Positions 16,691 through 24,653 of a DNA stretch of 50,544 nt are shown in pieces (position 1 is the first letter of the stretch; every line of letters starts with the position of its first letter). Source of the stretch: Candidatus Bathyarchaeia archaeon (GTDB lineage: Archaea; Halobacteriota; Syntropharchaeia; Alkanophagales; Methanospirareceae); contig DATKWH010000131.1 in assembly GCA_035529655.1 (NCBI GenBank), positions 1 to 50,544 on the forward strand, in the 5' to 3' direction. The notes beneath the pieces were generated by a model. The model was not told the DNA's origin. It searched no databases and was given only the letters and a program-made list of their open reading frames with translations. A program made the translations under genes and the position numbers.

Positions 16691-17850
16691 GTGCAGTTAC
16701 ATTTTATATTTTCAAGATCTAGCCCGAAGGGTTTAAGGAATTCCCACATCTCTCTTGTCTCTTTACAAATACCCACGTCGTAGAAGTTATACTTATCGAT
16801 AAGATATTCTAAAAGTGTAGAGTATATATTAAATCTCGTATAAAATTTCTGTTTTAGTCCCCAACCACTTTTTTCGTTAAGATATTCCACCCAAGAATCG
16901 TCCTTACAATGACTAATAGTGGATTGTAATCCTCTCAAAGTGCCAAGAGTAATCCTCTCAGGCGGGAATCGCATAAAAATATCGTCAATTAGATCTTTGT
17001 AATAAGTCTCCCATCTCTCAGGATATGGAACGATAGGATCTATTCTAAACCTAATCGGATAACCTCGTTCATGGAGAAGCTGAGCAGCATCAAGTCTGTT
17101 TTCTGGATAAGGAGCCCCTGTTTCCCATCTCTCTGCTACTTTACTCGAATTAACGGAAAAGCTAACTACAGTATTAGTTGGTTTTTCTATCTTTAGCAAA
17201 GGCGCGATAGAGCATGATTTTGTCAAAAGCAGTAATTTATGCCTTTTCTGACTTTCAAATGCTCTTATAATATAATAGATATTAGGATCCGAAAGCGAAT
17301 CAGAAAGTTCACCAGCATTTAGAATGTCAGGCGTTTTTGTTTGTAGGAACGTAAAAAGATGATTGCTTATCTTTTCTGGATCTTTTACATAGGCTTTTTT
17401 ACCCCTAAATCTAAAAGTTCCTTGTAAATAGCACCAAGCGCAATTATAATGGCAACCGTTTGCCCATTTTAGCTCTAAGAAATGCGGGCATATGATATTA
17501 GGAGGAGTCTTATTGAAAATGGTTATGATGGATCCATCACTTATTTTTTCCACCCTCTCATTATGATCAAAAGTTACTTTTAAACCATTATTTGGCAGTT
17601 TGGAGAAACATTCCGAAAAGCCGTTATTCACGGCATGGTTAGCGTAAGGAGGCTCTAAGGTTAAATGCCAGATTCTCTTTTTACCATCAATATTAGATTT
17701 AACTAATCCAAGGTGTTCGAGTTCATTCAATTTATTATAGCCCTCTTTGTAACGGCATCCAACCTCCTTTACGATATCAGAAGTTGCTAAACTACCACCG
17801 CATAAAACTCCCTGAATTTCGTATCCTAGACCTCTTTTCATCGCGCCCAT
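16684..17850 (-). CDS. winged-helix domain fused to a spore-photoproduct-lyase/DNA-photolyase-like radical SAM (CxxxCxxC) domain
   Basis: 388 aa. N-terminus SDIVKEVGCRYKEGYNKLNELEHLGLVKS..DGKKRIWHL (wHTH-like). ICPHFLELKWANGCHYNCAWCYLQG is the SPL/COG1533-type cluster motif. Followed by a TIM-barrel-like repeat of beta-alpha segments. Confidence 0.55.
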   Translation of the reverse strand: MGAMKRGLGYEIQGVLCGGSLATSDIVKEVGCRYKEGYNKLNELEHLGLVKSNIDGKKRIWHLTLEPPYANHAVNNGFSECFSKLPNNGLKVTFDHNERVEKISDGSIITIFNKTPPNIICPHFLELKWANGCHYNCAWCYLQGTFRFRGKKAYVKDPEKISNHLFTFLQTKTPDILNAGELSDSLSDPNIYYIIRAFESQKRHKLLLLTKSCSIAPLLKIEKPTNTVVSFSVNSSKVAERWETGAPYPENRLDAAQLLHERGYPIRFRIDPIVPYPERWETYYKDLIDDIFMRFPPERITLGTLRGLQSTISHCKDDSWVEYLNEKSGWGLKQKFYTRFNIYSTLLEYLIDKYNFYDVGICKETREMWEFLKPFGLDLENIKCNCTW

Positions 17851-17956
17851 TTTTTATTTCCTTGAAAAAATAAAAGGTCTTAGGTCTATTTAAAGCTTTT
17901 CATATTCCCATTTTTGTTTTAAATTTTTATTCTCCTTTAGAAAAATATTTTAGACT

Positions 17957-19606
17957 TCACGGGGGCGGTTTTTCAGCCATACTCATTTGAAGAATAACTA
18001 TCAACCTTTTCGCCGTTACCAACGGCTTGTCTGATATCATCCCTAACACGATACTCAATATCATATTTGCGATTACCCAGAGGTTATACATGCAAACGGA
18101 GAAGAAGAAATAGAATAACCGAACAGCAGGATTTTTAGAAGTTGTTTTTGGTTTGAAGTCCCCTTCGACTCGGTAAGATGTCTCGATTCCCCATCGCCTT
18201 TTGAACAGGTTCGCGTGCGTTTTGGCGTTTTTCTCGTTTATATCTAAGTCTGTGGCAAAACATACCGCTCCATCTTCGCTTCTCTTACTTTCGACTACAA
18301 AGATAGTGACGAATTTTTTGAGGTACGGTGGTTTAAGTCGCCTTAATTGATGCCTCGCTATTATTGGAAAACCGTACTTTTTGTTCTTTTCGATTATCTT
18401 CTTCACCTTTGGAGTCTTCACCGCTTGGATGATGAAATGTAGCCCGTATTTCTTCAAAATATATACTACTTCCGTTCGATAGAACCACCGGTCCATATAG
18501 ACTCTGTTAATTTGAATCCTCTTCGTCGCATAGCTAAGGAGTTTATCTATAACTTTCATCATTTCTCTTTCTCGATTTCCACCGCTTTCTACTGGTAAAG
18601 CGAAAAGGGTGAATCTTGTGCCGTTTTCCACAATGCAAATCGTTCCGAATTTGTAGGCATGGTGCGTTCCTCTTGTGGGCTTTGTACCTGTAACCATCTC
18701 CGTATCGCCATCTCCATAGAAGAGCCAATCGGTGAAATCAATCGCAACGTCCTTTTTTCCCTTGAATAGCTTCGGATTGCGCTTTTTTGCAATCTTGAAA
18801 ATGGTATCAAAAGCGTTGATGAATATCTGCATTATCTCTTCTTTACTTCTCTCTTTCTTTTCTCCACCGTATTTCGTGTGGTATTTTATGTGATAGAATA
18901 GCGTATCGGCATCTGGAATCCTTCTGTTTGGGTGAAGTTCTTTCAAAGTTTTGGATGCATTTTCAGCAAAGTCGTTGGTCATAGCTGCGTGAAGTAACAA
19001 ATTCAACATATCCTCAACGGAATACTTCAGGTTATGATGTTCAGAGGAGATGTTTATGAGCGAGAATATCTTCTTCTCCGCTAATCTGCATATCTTCTTC
19101 ATATTCCCCATCTTAAGCTTCTTCTCACCTCCAACGCTTCTTGGGTCAATAAGTCGTATCCCTTTTACATTTGCTTCTTCGGTTATCTTCCACGCCGTCC
19201 ACTTTGCTAAATCCTTTATCTCCCCCGCCGTACAGCGACTAAAGGTCCTATGTCCAGGAATCTCGCCTTCTCTAAAACCTAAATTTTTCGCCTCTTCGGG
19301 GTATCTTTTAAGGACTTTCGCTAGTGTGTGGTAAGATACAATCCCCATCAACTCTTTGAAAACAGCCGACTTCACTATCGCCGAAGGCGGATATTGAGTA
19401 TGCCATACATTTTTGTATTCACGTTTCACTAACTCAGAAATAGGCGGAAGAGCGAACGCACTGAGAAGCTCTGAAATCTTCAAAGCCTTCGAGCTAAGCC
19501 GTCCGAAAATTTTATCTACTTCCGCTTCCAATATGTCTTTTGTGGAGTCTTCTTCTGTCAAGGGGAACACCTCCACCCTTGGGGGGATCGCTTTTTGCGG
19601 GGCCAT
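17957..19606 (-). mobile_element. IS element: intact DDE transposase gene (549 aa, IS4/IS5-superfamily-like); element ends not resolved
   Basis: VAIDFTDWLFYGD and ...MDRWF...RRWGIETSYRVEGDFKPK motifs typical of DDE_Tnp_1-type transposases. 3' end repeated as remnants at 3434, 9098 and 14405. Confidence 0.75.
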
Positions 19607-19830
19607 CCCCTCAAGGATTGTTTATCCTTCGGTTACAGGCTATTTGAAGCCCATTCATCTGCCGCTTTATTTATCATCTTCGCCTTGCACTTTAACATAT
19701 TTTTCGTAGGATTATCGCCTACTATTTGTATATTGGTGGGTGAGTATATAAAGGTTGATGGTATTTTCGTATGAATCTTATAAATAAACCTACGTATTTA
19801 TATACTCGTCATACGATATTATACTATAAA

Positions 19831-20109
19831 ATGATAGATAATTCGGATGAAAGCGAAGGCGATCCGCCGAAGAAGCTTGAGTACCGGAAACTGCCAAGCA
19901 AAGTGGAAGAACTCGTTGACGATGAACGGGCGAAGATAACGCGTACGGCGAACATCACCTTTGATAAGAGACAGTATTTGGTTCGGTTCCCAAAGGAGAT
20001 TGCAGAGGAATTGGGCTTGAGTACAGAGCATAAGGTGCGATTCACCCTCATTAGTGCGAAAACAAGGACTGATGAAGAGCCTGAGCTGACGATGGAGGTG
20101 GTGAAATAA
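19831..20109 (+). CDS. AbrB/SpoVT/MazE-type swapped-hairpin DNA-binding protein
   Basis: QYLVRFPKEIAEELGLSTEHKVRFTL matches the AbrB-like core. ATG 19831 preferred over track start 19771 because TATTTATATAC (19795-19805) lies about 30 nt upstream. Confidence 0.45.
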   Translation: MIDNSDESEGDPPKKLEYRKLPSKVEELVDDERAKITRTANITFDKRQYLVRFPKEIAEELGLSTEHKVRFTLISAKTRTDEEPELTMEVVK

Positions 20110-20322
20110 ATGAAGGAAGAGTTTAATAACACAGAAAAGCGAATACTCAAGGTGTTGTACCAACACCATAAGGCGCTGTCAACGAGCAAGGTAGCGAAAT
20201 ATACTGGATACTCGTACAACACGGTGAAGAAATATCTAATAAGCCTTCATAAGCGGAAATATGTGAGATATATGCACCACGGAAATGCGATCTATTGGTG
20301 GCTGATGGAAGAAAGGGGATAG
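20110..20322 (+). CDS. small winged-helix (MarR/TrmB-like) DNA-binding protein
   Basis: 70 aa. EKRILKVLYQHHKALSTSKVAKYTGYSYNTVKKYLISLHKRKYV has an HTH + wing pattern. Start abuts the stop of the AbrB-like gene. Confidence 0.5.
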   Translation: MKEEFNNTEKRILKVLYQHHKALSTSKVAKYTGYSYNTVKKYLISLHKRKYVRYMHHGNAIYWWLMEERG

Positions 20323-20416
20323 AAATGAGGCTATGTTTATGTGTTTGATGTTTTATTAAAAGAGGAGTGAAAGTATATGGATAGATGTAATAACTAGGTC
20401 TATAGATCGTCCGCTT

Positions 20417-23134
20417 ATGCCATTGAGTTGGAATGAAATAAGGAAGAGGGCAATTGCATTTTCGAGTGAATGGAAAGAAGAAACCAGCGAGAGCGCGGAG
20501 GCACAAACCTTTTGGAATGCGTTCTTTAAGGTTTTTGGTAGAGAGCGCCGGGTTGTTGCGCTGTTTGAAAAAAACGTCAGAAAATTAGGCAACAAAAGGG
20601 GCGCAATTGATCTGTTTTGGGAAGGTAAGCTAGTTGTAGAACACAAATCAGAAGGAGAGAGTTTAGATAAAGCATACGATCAAGCATTAGATTATTCTGA
20701 AGGATTGAGCGATGAACAATTGCCAAAATATGTGATTGTGAGTGATTTCAGACGATTTAGGTTACATGATCTCGAGAACGATAAACAGTATGAAATTAAG
20801 CTTGAGGAGTTGGCAGAGAAGACCCATTTGTTCGAGTTCATGCGTGGTGGCAAAGAAAGATCGTACGAGGAAGAAGACCCGGTCAATATAAAAGCTGCGG
20901 AACTCATGGGGAAATTGCACGATTCTTTAAAGGAAAATGGTTACGTCGGACACCCACTTGAAGTTTTACTTGTTCGTCTGATGTTCTGTCTTTTTGCGGA
21001 TGATACCGGTATTTTTGAAAAAGATCAGTTCACTCGGTATATCGAAACTAAAACGAACATAGATGGTTCTGACGTAGGATTGCATCTCAATGCGATATTT
21101 CAAACATTGAATAAACCAGAGGAAGAGCGACAGAAGAACTTGGATGAAGAACTTCAGTTATTCCGGTATGTTAATGGTTCCTTATTTGAAGAGCGGTTTG
21201 AAGATCCTTCGTTCGATAGTGACGGACGAAAAATCCTACTAGAGTGCTGTCATTTCGATTGGAGTCACGTATCACCGGCAATTTTTGGCTCTCTGTTCCA
21301 ATCCGTAATGGATCCGAAAGAACGGAGAGATCTCGGTGCGCATTACACGTCCGAAGAGAACATTTTGAAAACGGTTCGAGCACTCTTCCTGGATGACTTA
21401 CGGCACGAGTTCGAGTTGCATAAGCATAACAAGCGATATTTGCAAGAGATGCTGGAACGAATAGGGGCGATGAAGTTTCTCGACCCTGCGTGTGGCTGTG
21501 GTAACTTCTTAATTATTGTGTATCGAGAATTACGACGGATTCAAATTGAAATCCACAAGCAACTACGGAAATTAGAGGGTCGACTTGGGCAACGAGTGCT
21601 GGACATTGAATTTGCTCATGACCTTAACGTTGACGCGACGTACGGTATTGAGATCCTGGAATTTCCTGCACGAATCGCCGAGGTGGCTTTATGGTTAGTA
21701 GACCATCAAATGAATGTGGAACTGTCAAAAGAATTAGGAGAGTATTATGCGCGGCTTCCGCTCGAAAAAGCACCGAATATTGTTAACGGAAATGCACTTG
21801 GACTCGACTGGAAGGATATCGTACCCCCAGAGGAGCTGACCTATATTCTAGGGAACCCGCCCTATGTTGGGAAAAAGAAACGAAGTGCTGAGCAAAATGA
21901 TGATATGATTTTAATATGTGGTAATATCAAGAATTATGGGATTCTTGACTATGTTTGTTGTTGGTATGTCAAAGCGGCTGAATACATTAAAGATACCAAA
22001 ATAAAAGCGGGGTTTGTTTCAACGAATTCGATAACTCAAGGAGAACAAGTAGGCATTTTATGGGACTACCTCCTTAATAAGGAAAAAATTAAGATTCACT
22101 TCGCTCATAGAACTTTTAGATGGTTTAATCAAGCAAGGGGTAAAGCACAAGTCTATGTAGTAATCATTGGCTTTGCATCTTTCGATACAAAATTAAAGTT
22201 ACTTTACGATTACGAAACGCCAACCTCGGATCCTGTAGGTGTAAAAGCCAGTAATATTAATCCATATCTCGTGAATCAGAAAGATATTATTTTTAAAAAT
22301 CGAAGTAAACCTTTATGTAGCGTCCCGGAGATTTCATTTGGGAGTATGCCGAATGACAACGGCAACTTTTTGTTTACGGACTTAGAAAAAGATGAATTCT
22401 TAAAAGAAGAACCTGGAGCGATAAAATACATTTTCCCTTTTATCTCAGCCAGAGAGTTCTTACATAATGAAAAACGGTGGTGTCTTTGGTTACAGGATGT
22501 CAATCCGTCAGAAATTAGAAAATCACCAAAAGTGGAGGAAAGGATAAAAAACGTCAAGGCCTATCGATTAAAGAGCAACAGGGAGAGCACAAGAAGACTG
22601 GCTGAGACACCTTATCTTTTTGGTGAGATTAGACAACCAAAAAACGATTATATCTTAATACCTCTTCATTCATCTGAGCACAGAAAATATATCCCTATTG
22701 CCTTTTTTCCACCAACAGTCATTGCCAATAATTCTTGCAGCGTTATCGAAAACGCTTCATTATACCATTTCGGTGTACTTACGTCTGCCATGCACATGGC
22801 ATGGATGCGCCATGTTTGCGGTCGCTTAGAAAGTCGATATCGCTATTCCAATGTTTTGGTTTACAACAATTTTCCATGGCCAGAAAACCCGACGGAAAAG
22901 CAAGTCGAAGAAGTGGAAGCCCGAGTAAAGGATTTATTAGCTGTGAGAGAATCCTATGCTGATACATCTCTTGCGGATCTTTACGATCCTATTCTTATGC
23001 CGAAAAAGCTCTTAGACACTCATAAAAAGCTTGATAGAGTGGCAGAACGCTGCTATCGGCCCAAGGCATTCAAGACCGATTTGGAGCGGTTGCAGTTCCT
23101 ATTTGAGTTGTATGATGCGTACTTTACCGATTAA
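20417..23134 (+). CDS. MmeI-family type IIL restriction-modification enzyme (fused endonuclease / N6-adenine methyltransferase / TRD)
   Basis: 905 aa, colinear with remembered MmeI: MPLSWNEIRKRAIAFS, IDLFWEGKLVVEHKS (D-x9-E-x-K nuclease), LDKAYDQALDY, PINIKAAELMGKLHD, FGSLFQSVMD, GAHYTSE, FLDPACGCGNFL (motif I), GNPPYVG (motif IV), STNSITQGEQV, RLESRYRYS. Confidence 0.9.
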   Translation: MPLSWNEIRKRAIAFSSEWKEETSESAEAQTFWNAFFKVFGRERRVVALFEKNVRKLGNKRGAIDLFWEGKLVVEHKSEGESLDKAYDQALDYSEGLSDEQLPKYVIVSDFRRFRLHDLENDKQYEIKLEELAEKTHLFEFMRGGKERSYEEEDPVNIKAAELMGKLHDSLKENGYVGHPLEVLLVRLMFCLFADDTGIFEKDQFTRYIETKTNIDGSDVGLHLNAIFQTLNKPEEERQKNLDEELQLFRYVNGSLFEERFEDPSFDSDGRKILLECCHFDWSHVSPAIFGSLFQSVMDPKERRDLGAHYTSEENILKTVRALFLDDLRHEFELHKHNKRYLQEMLERIGAMKFLDPACGCGNFLIIVYRELRRIQIEIHKQLRKLEGRLGQRVLDIEFAHDLNVDATYGIEILEFPARIAEVALWLVDHQMNVELSKELGEYYARLPLEKAPNIVNGNALGLDWKDIVPPEELTYILGNPPYVGKKKRSAEQNDDMILICGNIKNYGILDYVCCWYVKAAEYIKDTKIKAGFVSTNSITQGEQVGILWDYLLNKEKIKIHFAHRTFRWFNQARGKAQVYVVIIGFASFDTKLKLLYDYETPTSDPVGVKASNINPYLVNQKDIIFKNRSKPLCSVPEISFGSMPNDNGNFLFTDLEKDEFLKEEPGAIKYIFPFISAREFLHNEKRWCLWLQDVNPSEIRKSPKVEERIKNVKAYRLKSNRESTRRLAETPYLFGEIRQPKNDYILIPLHSSEHRKYIPIAFFPPTVIANNSCSVIENASLYHFGVLTSAMHMAWMRHVCGRLESRYRYSNVLVYNNFPWPENPTEKQVEEVEARVKDLLAVRESYADTSLADLYDPILMPKKLLDTHKKLDRVAERCYRPKAFKTDLERLQFLFELYDAYFTD

Positions 23135-23184
23135 AAGTGCAGCTTTCGGAATGAAAGTGCAAACGTGAATAAAAGTGCAAAGCC
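23129..23184 (+). repeat. MITE-like end-module copy C (right-end half only)
   Basis: GATTAAAAGTGCAG (23129), GAATGAAAGTGCAA (23149), GAATAAAAGTGCAAAGCC (23167-23184). Same 20/18-nt spacing as copy B. The first repeat supplies the stop codon of the MmeI-like gene. Confidence 0.8.
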
Positions 23185-23222
23185 GCCCGCAGCTAAAATT
23201 TTATATATCATAAAACCGGAGT

Positions 23223-23245
23223 TACTTTCGGAACTACTGTATACA
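23223..23245. repeat. half-copy of the 5259-5302 palindrome
   Basis: TACTTTCGGAACTACTGTATACA versus TACTTTCGGAGCTACTGTATACA at 5262-5284 (22/23). Confidence 0.8.
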
Positions 23246-23332
23246 CTGCAGATATTCTTTCTTTGATACATGCGTGGTTTATTAATTAAACGGCAAAAAC
23301 CGGAGCAATTTAGATAAGAAATGCTTCGTCTT

Positions 23333-23535
23333 CTATGCGCCTCCCCCACCAGTTCCTCGATGTTCTTATAGTCATGAGTTTGTAGATGCTCCGTTAGTTT
23401 TTTTAACCCCTAAAAACCCCCAAACCTTCGCTAACAATGCACTTCCTATCTAGAATAACGTACGCCATTCCTCGCATAGTCTATCACGTCCTGATAAAGG
23501 TATAGCAGTGCATTTAGCACATCCACCGTTGGTCA
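23333..23535 (-). pseudogene. decayed duplicate of the 3' end of the pyrK-pyrD gene
   Basis: Aligns in blocks with 24660-24870: TATGCGCCTCCCCCACCAGTTCC vs TATGCGCCTCTCCCACCACTTCC; CCTTCGCTAACAATGC vs CCTTCGCTTACCAGTGC; CGCATAGTCTATCACGTCCTGA vs CGCATAGTCGATGACGTCCTGA. Translation gives ..QDVIDYARNG.. with stops. Confidence 0.7.
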
Positions 23536-23635
23536 CGTCGTTCGCAAAGAAATGAAAGCTTCTTAGGTGGAGATTGCATATGGAAATTAATGCCGTGCTT
23601 ATTAGTAATAGTGGACATATAATAGGATCAGTTAG

Positions 23636-24508
23636 ATGCAGAATAAACCGCAGCTACTGGGATATACTGAAGGTTTGCTTTCAATCGGAATTAACGTACT
23701 TCTCTTTGGGCTTAAGTACTGGGCAGGTATTAAATCTGATTCCGTTTCCATGATCGCCGATGCATGGCACACAATGTCAGATACGTTCACATCGCTCATT
23801 ATAGTGGTGAGTTTCTGGATAGCTGCGCGACCCGCAGATGAGCACCATCCTTTTGGACACGGCAGGGCAGAAGCTATCGGGGCTATAATCATCGGCACAC
23901 TTCTCGCAGTAGTAGGCGTAACGTTTCTAAAAGAATCCATCATGAGATTGCAGAACTATGAGGCAGCAAATTTTGCCTCCTTTGCTATAATCATCTTTGG
24001 TATATCCGTTATTCTCAAAGAAGGACTCGCACAATATTCAATTTGGGCAGGTAGAAAGATACAATCTCAAGCTCTGTTAGCAGATGGGTGGCACCACCGA
24101 AGTGATGCAATCGCTTCAGGCTTAATTGTCATTGGCGCATTATCAGGGGCATATCTCTGGTGGATTGATGGCGTTATGGGTATCGCAGTATCAGTACTCA
24201 TCTTGTACGCTACGTATGAGATTTTAAAAGGTGCCATGAGTTCAATATTAGGAGAAAAACCTGATCCCCTGATTGAAGAGAAAATAAAAAACTTGATACA
24301 GGATATTGCGCCCGCTGCATCCTGTCTGCATCATGTACACATACATAGATATGGCGACCATGTCGAATTAACGCTTCATTGTAAACTCCCCTATGAAATG
24401 AACTTGAAAGAGGCGCATGACTTAGCCTCCATTGTGGAAGAAGCTATTCGAAAGGAGATGAATGTCGAGCCAACCCTACATATTGAACCTCAGGTTGAAA
24501 CAGAATAG
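23636..24508 (+). CDS. cation diffusion facilitator (CDF) family metal efflux transporter
   Basis: 290 aa. Six predicted TM segments, ADAWHTMSD and HPFGHGRAE signatures, C-terminal cytoplasmic domain. Confidence 0.85.
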   Translation: MQNKPQLLGYTEGLLSIGINVLLFGLKYWAGIKSDSVSMIADAWHTMSDTFTSLIIVVSFWIAARPADEHHPFGHGRAEAIGAIIIGTLLAVVGVTFLKESIMRLQNYEAANFASFAIIIFGISVILKEGLAQYSIWAGRKIQSQALLADGWHHRSDAIASGLIVIGALSGAYLWWIDGVMGIAVSVLILYATYEILKGAMSSILGEKPDPLIEEKIKNLIQDIAPAASCLHHVHIHRYGDHVELTLHCKLPYEMNLKEAHDLASIVEEAIRKEMNVEPTLHIEPQVETE

Positions 24509-24653
24509 CTTAACCGTCAATCTGGATACTTCTTAGCCTAAGAGCAGCGATACCCGCGATCTTTTATTGATTGGTATAACTAAGATCCGCAATTCTGACG
24601 GCTGTGGGAAAATAATTATCTTTTTGGCTAAGACAACATTTTAAGGAGATCTT

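Noticed and set aside
17851-19760. Terminal inverted repeats and target duplication of the intact IS
   Set aside because: I compared both flanks by eye and found only weak direct similarity (CATTTGAAG / TATTTGAAG) and no convincing inverted repeat or duplication. Element boundaries are therefore left unresolved rather than guessed.
23131-23349. 72-aa minus-strand ORF in the track
   Set aside because: It is stitched from the decayed pyrD 3' fragment (MGEAHRRR resembles the pyrD end VGEAHKR), the half palindrome and the end-module repeats. It is not a plausible gene.
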